From: Erysipelotrichaceae bacterium
GTDB lineage: Bacteria > Bacillota_I > Bacilli_A > Erysipelotrichales > Erysipelotrichaceae
NCBI GenBank assembly: GCA_963676105.1
Contig: OY781039.1
Span: forward strand, 420,001 to 452,000
Direction: 5' to 3'
Length of the DNA stretch: 32,000 bases
Of the stretch, positions 6,745 to 15,062 are shown piece by piece; the stretch's first letter is position 1, and each line of letters opens with the position of its first letter. The position numbers and the translations under genes are program-made. The notes under the pieces were generated by a model that was not told where the DNA came from, did not search any database, and saw nothing but the letters and a program-made list of their open reading frames with translations.

Positions 6745-9325
6745 AAAGAATGTTGTGCTCGGCCATGAACTTCAGCGTATAATGTCTGATCGTTTTGGTC
6801 GTTATTCAAAATATATTATTCAAGAACGTGCATTACCCGATGTACGTGATGGATTAAAGCCGGTTCAAAGACGTATTTTATATGCCATGTACGAAGATGG
6901 TAATACATTTGAGAAAGCGTATCGTAAATCTGCAAAAACAGTTGGTTTAGTTATTGGTAATTATCACCCCCATGGTGATAGTTCTGTTTATGATGCGATG
7001 GTTCGTCTATCACAAGATTGGAAAATGAATGTTTGTCTAGTTGACATGCAAGGGAATAATGGCTCAATAGATGATGATCCCGCTGCGGCGATGCGATATA
7101 CCGAAGCACGCCTTTCAGCTTATGGTCAAAAATTATTAACGGATATTGATCAAAATACGGTTAGTTTTACACCTAACTTTGATGATACAAGTTTAGAACC
7201 ATCTGTACTACCTGCAGGCGTTCCACAACTTCTTGTGAATGGAGCTAGTGGTATTGCAGCAGGGTACGCGACAAATATTCCACCACATAACTTAAATGAA
7301 GTGATAGATGGGACAATCTATCGTTTAAATCATGTGAATTCAAAACTAGAAGACATCATGAGTTTTATTAAAGGTCCTGACTTTCCAACGGGTGGAATTG
7401 TACAAGGACAAAAAGGCATTATTGATGCGTTTGAAACGGGCAAAGGAAGAGTCGTTGTTCGATCAAAAACTGAAATTGTTAAAAATAAAACAAACCAACA
7501 AATTATTATCAGTGAAATACCTTATGAAGTTGTTAAATCGACACTCGTTAAAAAGATTGATGATTTAAGGATCAATAAAACGCTTGATGCTTTAATGGAT
7601 GTTCGCGATGAATCTGACCGTAATGGTTTAAGAATTGTCTGTGATATTAAAAAAGATGCAGATGCAGAGCTTGTTTTGAACTACTTATTTAAAAATACAG
7701 AACTGCAAGTTTACTATAACTACAATATGGTTTCTATTATCAATCAAAGACCTGTTTTAGGTGGCCTTTTAAACGTTATCGATGCATTTATAGAATTCCG
7801 CAAGGACTTAGTCTTAAAACGCTCTAAGCATCAACTAGAAGCGATTGAGAAACGAATGCATATCTTACAAGGTTTGATCAAAGCTATTTCTGTTTTAGAT
7901 GAAGTCATTGCCTTAATTAGAAGTGCTGATAATAAAGCAGATGCGAAAAATAAGTTGATTGAGCGCTTTGATTTTTCAGATATGCAAGCTGAAGCAATTG
8001 TTAATTTAAGACTTTATCGTTTAACCAATACTGATATTTTAGAACTCAAAGATGAATTAGCTGAATTACTAGCTCAGCAACAAGAACTTAAAGGTGTTAT
8101 TGAAAATGCAAGTTTATTAAAAGCTGTTTTAGTTAAAGAATTGCAAGCACTTAAAAAGGCTTTTCCTATCGAAAGACGTTCAAAAATTGAAGCTGAAGTA
8201 GAAGAAATTGTCATTGATGCTAAAGCTATGATTCCAAATGAAAAGACCTACTTAACATTATCAGAAGAAGGTTATGTTAAACGGGTATCTGTCAGATCTT
8301 ATCAAGCCTCAGAAAATACACCAACTACTCTAAAAGAGGGTGACCGTTTTTGTGGGGTTATTGAAGCTGAAACCTTTGATAACTTACTTGTTATTTTAGA
8401 TTCAGGAAAATATGTGATTTTACCTCTTCTTAATATTGAAGAAGGTAAGTGGAAGGATTTAGGGAATCACTTAGGTCATTATGTTAAGTTAGATGGTTCA
8501 ACTAAAGTTTTGGCATCGTTCCTCATTAAATCCTTTGATTCTAATGTTGATATCATTATCGCAACTCAAAAAGGACAAATTAAACGAAGTCCACTTAAAG
8601 CATTTGAAGTCAATCGAACCAATAAAGCTTATGATGCGATAAGTTTAGGAAAAGATGATCTTGCGGTTGCTTGTTTTGAAGCTTATGAAAATGCAGATAT
8701 CTTTATCGCAAGTAAAGAAGGCTATGCAGTTCTATACAAATTAGATGATATTCCTTCAACCAATGTTAAATCTAAAGGTGTCAAAGCCATGAATCTGGCA
8801 AAAGGTGATACTGTTGCGGCGGCATGTGCTTATGATGATGAAAAAACATCAATAACTGTCTTGGCTGAATCTGGTCAAATGAAACGTATTAAACGAAGTG
8901 ATTTTGACTATAATAATCGACCAGTTAAAGGTGAATTATTAGCGCGCAAAATAAAAACAAATCCAATTTACGTTTCACGTCTTTTAACCCTTACACCATA
9001 TGATCGCTTAGAAATCACAACAGATTCAACTTATTGGATGATGGCTAAAGATATCCCACTCATGGATAAATCTGCGAGTTATTCAAATGGATTTAAGGAT
9101 GTTGATGGAGGCTATCTTGTTCAGCAAATTAAAGAACTAAAAGTCATCGATTTGCCATCAAATGTTGAAACTGAAGTAAAAAAAATAAAAGAAAAGACTG
9201 TTCTAGCTGAAGAACAGTCTGATGAAATCAAACTAAAAACAGGGGCTAAGTATTTACCTAAAGAAGTCTTAGGCGAAGATCAAGATGATCCTGAGGATAT
9301 TGAGTTTATCCATTTTGATTTTTAA
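6737..9325 (+). CDS. parC: DNA topoisomerase IV subunit A
   Basis: The N-terminus reads RALPDVRDGLKPVQRRILY, followed by HPHGDSSVYDAMVRLSQ and the catalytic-Tyr region AAMRYTEARL. The preferred start is ATG 6737 (SD GGAGAGAG; 8-nt overlap with the parE stop) rather than the track start 6716. The protein ends in an acidic tail. Confidence 0.9.
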   Translation: MDKKNVVLGHELQRIMSDRFGRYSKYIIQERALPDVRDGLKPVQRRILYAMYEDGNTFEKAYRKSAKTVGLVIGNYHPHGDSSVYDAMVRLSQDWKMNVCLVDMQGNNGSIDDDPAAAMRYTEARLSAYGQKLLTDIDQNTVSFTPNFDDTSLEPSVLPAGVPQLLVNGASGIAAGYATNIPPHNLNEVIDGTIYRLNHVNSKLEDIMSFIKGPDFPTGGIVQGQKGIIDAFETGKGRVVVRSKTEIVKNKTNQQIIISEIPYEVVKSTLVKKIDDLRINKTLDALMDVRDESDRNGLRIVCDIKKDADAELVLNYLFKNTELQVYYNYNMVSIINQRPVLGGLLNVIDAFIEFRKDLVLKRSKHQLEAIEKRMHILQGLIKAISVLDEVIALIRSADNKADAKNKLIERFDFSDMQAEAIVNLRLYRLTNTDILELKDELAELLAQQQELKGVIENASLLKAVLVKELQALKKAFPIERRSKIEAEVEEIVIDAKAMIPNEKTYLTLSEEGYVKRVSVRSYQASENTPTTLKEGDRFCGVIEAETFDNLLVILDSGKYVILPLLNIEEGKWKDLGNHLGHYVKLDGSTKVLASFLIKSFDSNVDIIIATQKGQIKRSPLKAFEVNRTNKAYDAISLGKDDLAVACFEAYENADIFIASKEGYAVLYKLDDIPSTNVKSKGVKAMNLAKGDTVAAACAYDDEKTSITVLAESGQMKRIKRSDFDYNNRPVKGELLARKIKTNPIYVSRLLTLTPYDRLEITTDSTYWMMAKDIPLMDKSASYSNGFKDVDGGYLVQQIKELKVIDLPSNVETEVKKIKEKTVLAEEQSDEIKLKTGAKYLPKEVLGEDQDDPEDIEFIHFDF

Positions 9326-9995
9326 GCCAAGAATAGAGCGTATGTTCTAGTTCATCTAAGCCATTTAGAAATGCGATAGAGTAATCGATTGCCCATTGTG
9401 AGATGGGGTAGTTACGCGCAACATAAATGGCTTTTGTATTAGCTAAATAACCAGCTTGTACACCATTAACTGTCGCATCCACCGTAATAAGTCGCTGAAC
9501 CTTATCATTGAATTTACGCGCAATTTTTAAGTAAATAGCCGCATCAGGCTTTGATTCTAAGACTTCTTTTGTGCTAAAAATTTCTTTTGGTTTAAATGAA
9601 AATTGATTAAGTACTGAGCTACCTTCCAATTCACTGACTGATAGGTTTGTGAGAAATGAAACATCAAAATCATTGCTCAATTTTTCAAAAAGTTTTAAAG
9701 CCTTTTCTTCTATTTTAAAATCTTTTAAATGAGCCGTTACTTTTGACTTATAGATTTCGTTCACTTTTTCAAAAAATGGAGCATAACGAGGATACTCACG
9801 TGATAGTTTTTCTATCTTTTCACTATTGGCATCAAAGCTTAATTCGTTAAAGATTTGACTTGCTTCAACTTCATGTTTTTCTAAGATTTCATGCCAGATA
9901 GAATCTTTTAATTTGGGAAGGTCTAGAACGAGGTCATCTAGACTTAATATAAGGTTTTGTTTAGAGTTCATGAAACTATTCTTACATATTTTCAT
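9306..9995 (-). CDS. HAD-superfamily-like protein with a degenerate motif I (start uncertain; alternative ATG at 9971)
   Basis: HAD motif II-IV equivalents are visible (SFLTN; ESKPDAAIYLKIARKF; VDATVNGVQAGYLAN). Motif I reads LSLDDLVLD instead of FDxDGTLxD. There is no convincing SD at either candidate start. Confidence 0.55.
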   Translation of the reverse strand: MKICKNSFMNSKQNLILSLDDLVLDLPKLKDSIWHEILEKHEVEASQIFNELSFDANSEKIEKLSREYPRYAPFFEKVNEIYKSKVTAHLKDFKIEEKALKLFEKLSNDFDVSFLTNLSVSELEGSSVLNQFSFKPKEIFSTKEVLESKPDAAIYLKIARKFNDKVQRLITVDATVNGVQAGYLANTKAIYVARNYPISQWAIDYSIAFLNGLDELEHTLYSWLKNQNG

Positions 9996-10030
9996 TCATT
10001 TGTGAAAAGATATACACCTATAATCTTGTT

Positions 10031-10039
10031 TGGTATAAT
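10031..10039 (+). promoter_or_regulatory. Extended -10 promoter element (TGgTATAAT) 7 nt upstream of the yqeG ATG
   Basis: TGGTATAAT at 10031-10039, then GAAGCCA, then ATG 10047. No SD is present, which implies a leaderless or near-leaderless mRNA. Confidence 0.5.
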
Positions 10040-10046
10040 GAAGCCA

Positions 10047-10532
10047 ATGTTTAAGGACTTATTTGAACCAGATTTGATTTTAAATACATTAAGTGATTTA
10101 AAACTTGAAGATCTTAAAAAATATGGAATAAAAACCCTCATTCTTGATGTCGATAACACGTTGATTGAAAAAGACTTTGTCGCATTAAATGAGGGTATTT
10201 TAGATACAGTAAAATCTTTTAAAGAAAAAGGTGTTCATGTTGTACTAGTTTCAAATAATTCAGGGCTTAGACGAACTAAACTTGCCCGAAAATTAGACTG
10301 TGATTTACTCAGTACTGCTTTAAAACCGTTTACCTTTAGATTTCTCAGATTTAAACAAAAACAACAACTTGAGACGCCGATGATGATGGTAGGTGACCAG
10401 TTGTTTACAGACATTTTATTTGCGAAACGCATTAAAGCTATTTCAGTTCTTGTTAACCCCTTATCAGACGAAGAGTATATAAGCACTAAAGTATTAAGAA
10501 TATTAGAAAGAAAATTGGTAGATCGTTCATGA
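10047..10532 (+). CDS. yqeG: YqeG-family HAD phosphatase (subfamily IIIA)
   Basis: The N-terminus MFKDLFEPD...LILDVDNTL aligns residue for residue with the B. subtilis YqeG start (MLKKFFLPD...ITDLDNTL). It is the first gene of the conserved yqeG-yqeH... operon. The track start at 9957 is rejected. Confidence 0.85.
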   Translation: MFKDLFEPDLILNTLSDLKLEDLKKYGIKTLILDVDNTLIEKDFVALNEGILDTVKSFKEKGVHVVLVSNNSGLRRTKLARKLDCDLLSTALKPFTFRFLRFKQKQQLETPMMMVGDQLFTDILFAKRIKAISVLVNPLSDEEYISTKVLRILERKLVDRS

Positions 10533-11563
10533 GTGAAATAAAACATTGTAGTGGCTGTGGAGTAAGTCTTCAAAACATTGATAAAGAAAAAGTAGGTTAT
10601 ACGCCCAAATTAGAGAATGATTTATGTCAAAGATGTTTTAGACTAAAACACTATGGAGACACTACCGTTATTGATATGCATGGTGTTGAATCTGAGGATG
10701 TATTAAATAGCATTAAAGACATTGAAGGCAAAGTTGTATTAATGGTTGATGTCAGTGACATTGAAAGTACTTTGTTTAGAGGTGTTAGACGTCATTTATT
10801 TGATCGCGAGTTGATTTTAGTGGTTACTAAAAGAGATTTACTCCCTAAAACAGTATCTGAACAAAAGATACTTAAAACACTTCAAGAAAGAATTCGTGAG
10901 GAAGCCGTTGATATTGTTGAGGCCATTTTAATCTCTATCTATGATGATATGAGTATACAAAATGTCAAGAAAATTCTGTTAAAACATGCTAAAGAAGCGA
11001 ATCTTATCGTGATGGGATATGCCAATACAGGTAAATCTAGTTTTTTAAATAAACTATTAGAATCAGACTTTACGGTATCACCATATGCCAATACAACTTT
11101 AAAAATTCAATCAGCTGATTTTGGTACTCACAAAATTTACGATACTCCTGGAATTCGGATGGAAGCATCATATTTCGACTTCATGTCCGCAAAACAGCAA
11201 GCACAATACAGCATCACAAAAACACTCAAACCAATCACACATCAATTAAAAGGGGATCAAGTCTTCTTTATCCCAAATTGTGCTGATGTTGTTATTCAAG
11301 CAAAAGGTCAGGGGACTGTAACGCTTTTATTCTCAGATGAAATAAAGATACATCGCACTAAATTGGAAAATAGAAAAAATTATTTAAGCAAACATATAAA
11401 CTATCCAGACAAGACTTATCAATTGAATTTTAATCTTGATGCAGGTCAATATGATATTGTGATAAAACAACTTGGATGGTTGTCGATTAAGGGTGATGGA
11501 TTTAAAATAAAGACGACATCAATCTTGCATGATGGTGTTGTGTTAAGAAAGGCTATGATTTAA
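10529..11563 (+). CDS. yqeH: Ribosome-biogenesis GTPase YqeH (circularly permuted GTPase)
   Basis: It has an N-terminal zinc ribbon (CSGCGVSLQ...CQRCFRLKHYG). The G motifs are in permuted order (TKRD before GYANTGKSS and DTPG). It shows ATGA-type overlap with yqeG. Confidence 0.9.
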   Translation: MSEIKHCSGCGVSLQNIDKEKVGYTPKLENDLCQRCFRLKHYGDTTVIDMHGVESEDVLNSIKDIEGKVVLMVDVSDIESTLFRGVRRHLFDRELILVVTKRDLLPKTVSEQKILKTLQERIREEAVDIVEAILISIYDDMSIQNVKKILLKHAKEANLIVMGYANTGKSSFLNKLLESDFTVSPYANTTLKIQSADFGTHKIYDTPGIRMEASYFDFMSAKQQAQYSITKTLKPITHQLKGDQVFFIPNCADVVIQAKGQGTVTLLFSDEIKIHRTKLENRKNYLSKHINYPDKTYQLNFNLDAGQYDIVIKQLGWLSIKGDGFKIKTTSILHDGVVLRKAMI

Positions 11564-11847
11564 TGCTAGATAAAAAGAAAAAACAACAATTAAGAGCGAT
11601 GGGTAATTCACTTAAAGCCACTGTTCAAATTGGGAAAGATGGTTTAAGCCATAATGTTGTTGATATGTGTGAAAGATCACTAGAAGCGCATGAGTTAGTT
11701 AAAGTTAATATTTTAAAATCTTGTCCAACATCTGCCAATGAACTCGCCTTTGATTTAAGCAGTGAAACGGGCTCAGATGTTGTTCATATTATTGGTCGAA
11801 CGATCCTTTTATATCGTCAAAGTTCAAAAAGAAAGATTCAGTTTTAA
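11563..11847 (+). CDS. yhbY: CRS1/YhbY (YqeI) RNA-binding protein
   Basis: 94 aa with KKQLRAMGNSLKATVQIGKDGL and a GRTILLYR ending, typical of the YhbY family. TAATG overlaps occur at both ends. Confidence 0.88.
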   Translation: MLDKKKKQQLRAMGNSLKATVQIGKDGLSHNVVDMCERSLEAHELVKVNILKSCPTSANELAFDLSSETGSDVVHIIGRTILLYRQSSKRKIQF

Positions 11848-12866
11848 TGAAAAAAATACTCTGTTTTGGAGGGAGTTTTAATCCACCGCATAAAGCGCAT
11901 TTTGAAGTTGCGAAAAAAGCGCTAAAACAGAGTCAAAATCATGAATGTTGGTTTATTCCTAGTTTAAAAAATCCATTTAAAGAAGATGAAACATCTGATT
12001 TTGAAATGCGTTGTCAATTGACTGAAGAACTAATTAAAGGTTTTAAAAAGTTCAAAGTATGTCGAATTGAATCAGAATTAGATCAACCCAGCTATACAAT
12101 ACAAACCATAAAATCATTAAAAGATAGATACCCTGATTATCAATTTTCATTTCTAATTGGTTCTGATCAAGCTATACAATTTGAAAAATGGAAAGATTCA
12201 AAAGAATTAATTAGACTTTGTGACTTTTATGTATATAAACGAGATGAAAAACATAAAATACCAAAACAATTTAAACTGATTGAAACGAATACGATTTATA
12301 GTGATTCAAGTACGGCTGTGCGATCAGGAAATTTAAGCCTTTTGTCATATAATGTACTTAGAAAACTTATTGATTTTGAAATGCATGTCGAAATGATTGC
12401 ACAATCACTGGTCAGTGTAAAAAGATTCAAACATATTCAAGCCATGACAAAATTAGCTTTGGATATTGGCTCTGCACATGATTTTGATTTGCATCAAGTT
12501 TATTTAGCAGCTTTATTTCATGACTCTGCAAAAGAATGGTCAATTGAAAAAATGAAGCGTACTTTAGAAATTTGTGATCCAGATTTCTTAAAACAACCAC
12601 AATACATGTGGCATGCAAGATGTGGTGCTTACTTTGCTTCTAAAGTTTTACATATTCAAGACAAAAAGATTCTACAAGCCATTACACATCATGTAGAAGG
12701 TCTAGATCATCATCCGCTTAGTCAAATTATCTATATTGCTGATAAATGCGATGAGACCAGAGGTTATGATGCTTCAAATCTCATAGAAATTGCCTATAAA
12801 GATATCGAACAAGGCTACAATGCTGTTGTTGAAAATACAAAGAAATATTATGAAGGGAAGTCCTAA
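11847..12866 (+). CDS. nadD: Fusion protein: nicotinate-nucleotide adenylyltransferase NadD plus HD-domain YqeK (Ap4A hydrolase family)
   Basis: The N-terminal half has GGSFNPPHKAH (HxGH nucleotidyltransferase motif) and SSTAVR. The C-terminal half has HD-domain strings (RFKHIQAM, LFHDSAKE, THHVEG, YIADKCD). The reading frame is single and uninterrupted. Confidence 0.88.
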   Translation: MKKILCFGGSFNPPHKAHFEVAKKALKQSQNHECWFIPSLKNPFKEDETSDFEMRCQLTEELIKGFKKFKVCRIESELDQPSYTIQTIKSLKDRYPDYQFSFLIGSDQAIQFEKWKDSKELIRLCDFYVYKRDEKHKIPKQFKLIETNTIYSDSSTAVRSGNLSLLSYNVLRKLIDFEMHVEMIAQSLVSVKRFKHIQAMTKLALDIGSAHDFDLHQVYLAALFHDSAKEWSIEKMKRTLEICDPDFLKQPQYMWHARCGAYFASKVLHIQDKKILQAITHHVEGLDHHPLSQIIYIADKCDETRGYDASNLIEIAYKDIEQGYNAVVENTKKYYEGKS

Positions 12867-13203
12867 TTTGGAGAAAATTGAAAGAATACTTAAAACATTA
12901 GATGAGAAACACGCTACTGATATTAAAATCATGGATTTAAGTGATATTGATCTTATTCATGAAACCATGATTGTCGCAAGTGTGTCCAATATTCGTTTAT
13001 TAAATGCCTTAAAAGATTATGTTGTCGAAGATTTAGAAAAAGATGGCTACAACATTCATCATGTTGAAGGAAAAGGTGAATCAGATTGGTTACTTATCGA
13101 TGCTTTTGATGTGGTTGTGCATCTTTTCTTAGAAGAAAGTCGATTGCACTATGCCTTAGATCGTTTATGGGCAGATAAAATTGTTGAAGGAGTCAAACAA
13201 TGA
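12850..13203 (+). CDS. rsfS: Ribosomal silencing factor RsfS (YqeL)
   Basis: LDEKHATDIKIMDL...DWLLIDAFDVVVHLF...Y.LDRLW is typical of RsfS/iojap. The start is ambiguous: ATG 12850 or TTG 12868. The track start 12790 lies deep inside nadD/yqeK. Confidence 0.85.
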   Translation: MKGSPNLEKIERILKTLDEKHATDIKIMDLSDIDLIHETMIVASVSNIRLLNALKDYVVEDLEKDGYNIHHVEGKGESDWLLIDAFDVVVHLFLEESRLHYALDRLWADKIVEGVKQ

Positions 13204-13880
13204 TTGCGATAATTGGTGCAATGGATGAAGAAGTTTCTGAACTTCTTAAATTATTAGATTCACCACAAAAACAATTGATTAATTCTGTGGAATTTACAAC
13301 AGGGAAATTGAATGGTAAAGAAGCGTTAGTTTTTCAAAGTGGGGTTGGTTTAACCAACGCTGCAATGCGTACTACGATGGCTTTTGATCACTTTGATATC
13401 GAAGGTGTTGTAAATATTGGTACAGCTGGAGGACTTAGAGATGATGTTCAAGTGTTAGACGTCATTATTTCCACAAAAGTCACATATCATGAATTTGATA
13501 TAACAGTTTTTGGTAATCCACGTGATTTTTCAGATGATAATCGTTTTGTTTATAAAGCTGATAAACGCTACATTGATTTAGCTCAAAAACTTATACATGA
13601 TCGTGTATTGCTTGGACCGATGGTTTCAGGTAATCAATTTATTTCAGAAATTAATCAAATTAAATCAATTGAAAAATATTATCCAGAAAGCTTATGTGCT
13701 GATATGGAAGCAGCTTCCATCGCCCACGTTTGCGATTTCTTTAATAAACCATTTATTATTTTGAGATCGATTTCTGATCACGTTAAACATAGTGATAATA
13801 ATTTAAGTTTTGAAGAATATCTTCAAAAAGCATCTAAACGTAGTGCTGAATTTGTCTATAAATTTGTCAAAGAACTATAG
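13200..13880 (+). CDS. mtnN: 5'-methylthioadenosine/S-adenosylhomocysteine nucleosidase
   Basis: MIAIIGAMDEEV..., GVGLTNAA, NIGTAGGL, and EAASIAHVC followed by RSISD are the MtnN/Pfs signature blocks. Confidence 0.9.
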   Translation: MIAIIGAMDEEVSELLKLLDSPQKQLINSVEFTTGKLNGKEALVFQSGVGLTNAAMRTTMAFDHFDIEGVVNIGTAGGLRDDVQVLDVIISTKVTYHEFDITVFGNPRDFSDDNRFVYKADKRYIDLAQKLIHDRVLLGPMVSGNQFISEINQIKSIEKYYPESLCADMEAASIAHVCDFFNKPFIILRSISDHVKHSDNNLSFEEYLQKASKRSAEFVYKFVKEL

Positions 13881-13889
13881 GAGGTATCA

Positions 13890-14477
13890 ATGCCATTTGA
13901 TTCAAATCAAATTGTAGAATTTTGGTTTAATCTATTAATGGAGTATCGTGACTTAGGTCCACTAGCACCCATCGCTTTTGTGATGCTAGAATCTGTTTTT
14001 CCATTTCTTCCTTTAGTTTTGATTGTGACATTTAATATTAGTGCTTATGGACCATTTTTTGGCTTTATCTATTCTTTGGCAGGGAATATATTAGGCTCAT
14101 TAATGGTCTTTTTTGTGTTTAGATTTTTTAAACATCGTCCAATTATGAATCGTTTTGTTCATCGTAAAAGAGTTGAACGTTGGTTAAATTGGGTATTAAG
14201 ACAACATCCTTCATTTTTAGTTTTTCTATTTTCATCACCCTTTACTCCAAGTTCTTTTGTGAATATCTCTTTTGGTTTGTCTGGTTATAGTAAACGACGT
14301 TTTACACTTAGTTTAATCTTAGGAAAAACAATCCTTTTAGTATTTTTACTTGGTTTTGGCGCATCATTAAATGTCGTTAATGAAAAACCCTACCTCATGA
14401 TCTTTGTTTTGGTAGGGTATGGGTTCGTATATTATTTATCTCAAAAATTTGGCAAAGTAACTGGTGAAGAAGATTAA
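13890..14477 (+). CDS. TVP38/TMEM64 (DedA-related, SNARE-associated) family membrane protein
   Basis: Multi-TM protein with a strong SD (AGGAGG). The N-terminal region with LGPLAPIAFV...P and the central G-rich loop fit the TVP38/YqeD-like family. Confidence 0.7.
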   Translation: MPFDSNQIVEFWFNLLMEYRDLGPLAPIAFVMLESVFPFLPLVLIVTFNISAYGPFFGFIYSLAGNILGSLMVFFVFRFFKHRPIMNRFVHRKRVERWLNWVLRQHPSFLVFLFSSPFTPSSFVNISFGLSGYSKRRFTLSLILGKTILLVFLLGFGASLNVVNEKPYLMIFVLVGYGFVYYLSQKFGKVTGEED

Positions 14478-14986
14478 TTGGTATATTCTATCTTCCAAAG
14501 TTGATTTTCTACCATCCATTGTTTGATATTTTGGGCTGTGAATACTGAGTCATCACGCCATTCATAAACAGAATGAATTTGTATTTTTTCATTTTCATAA
14601 CTTAATACTGCAAATGCAGGATAATTTGAGAAGCCTAGATGGCTTTTTAAAGCTGAAGGTAGAATGTTTTCATTAATATCTGTAATATCTACATAATAGA
14701 TTTGATCAAAGACATCTGTATTCGCAATATCAAGTAAAGCTGGAATAATTTCGGTATCTGTATAAACACAATCTGCATTTTCTGCACTACAGAAAAAGTA
14801 GGCTCGTGTTTCATTACCAATATGTTCTTTTATATTCAAATAATCCACATGTAGATCGTTATAATGCTTGAATTCTACAAGTTCAACTTCCTCTGGTTTA
14901 AAGAATAAATAAACAAGCGCAGATATCATCACAAGAACGATTATACTGAGTAGAGTTAAATGTATAGGATGTTTCTTTGTTTTCAT
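14474..14986 (-). CDS. Membrane-anchored thioredoxin-fold-like protein with CX6C in place of CXXC (hypothetical)
   Basis: It has an N-terminal TM anchor. The ectodomain shows a Trx-like order: beta strand RAYFFCS, then C-SAENAD-C, a helix, IYYVDI, and a cis-Pro-like NYPAFAVL followed by ENEKI. Its 3' end overlaps the convergent TVP38 gene by 4 nt. Confidence 0.45.
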   Translation of the reverse strand: MKTKKHPIHLTLLSIIVLVMISALVYLFFKPEEVELVEFKHYNDLHVDYLNIKEHIGNETRAYFFCSAENADCVYTDTEIIPALLDIANTDVFDQIYYVDITDINENILPSALKSHLGFSNYPAFAVLSYENEKIQIHSVYEWRDDSVFTAQNIKQWMVENQLWKIEYTN

Positions 14987-15046
14987 CTTTAATAGTTTAA
15001 CATGAAATAAGCTGTGTAGTTTTCACTTATTTCAGAAGCAAGTATT

Positions 15047-15055
15047 TGGTATAAT
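15047..15055 (+). promoter_or_regulatory. Extended -10 promoter element (TGgTATAAT) 7 nt upstream of ATG 15063
   Basis: TGGTATAAT at 15047-15055, then AAAGTCC, then ATG 15063, with no SD. The geometry and flanks (TTTGGTATAATnAAGnCnATG) match those at yqeG. Confidence 0.5.
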
Positions 15056-15062
15056 AAAGTCC

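Noticed and set aside
4979-6809. Embedded or antisense ORFs inside parE (4979..5200 +, 5906..6097 +, 5901..6239 -, 6525..6809 -).
   Set aside because: They lie entirely within a strongly conserved coding region. Their products are low-complexity or biased, with no SD and no recognisable motifs. They are typical shadow ORFs.
4819-9325. Calling the topoisomerase pair gyrB-gyrA.
   Set aside because: The divergent plsY and nearby yneF reproduce the Bacillus plsY-parE-parC neighbourhood. The subunit B sequence follows ParE closely, and there is no dnaA, dnaN or recF context.
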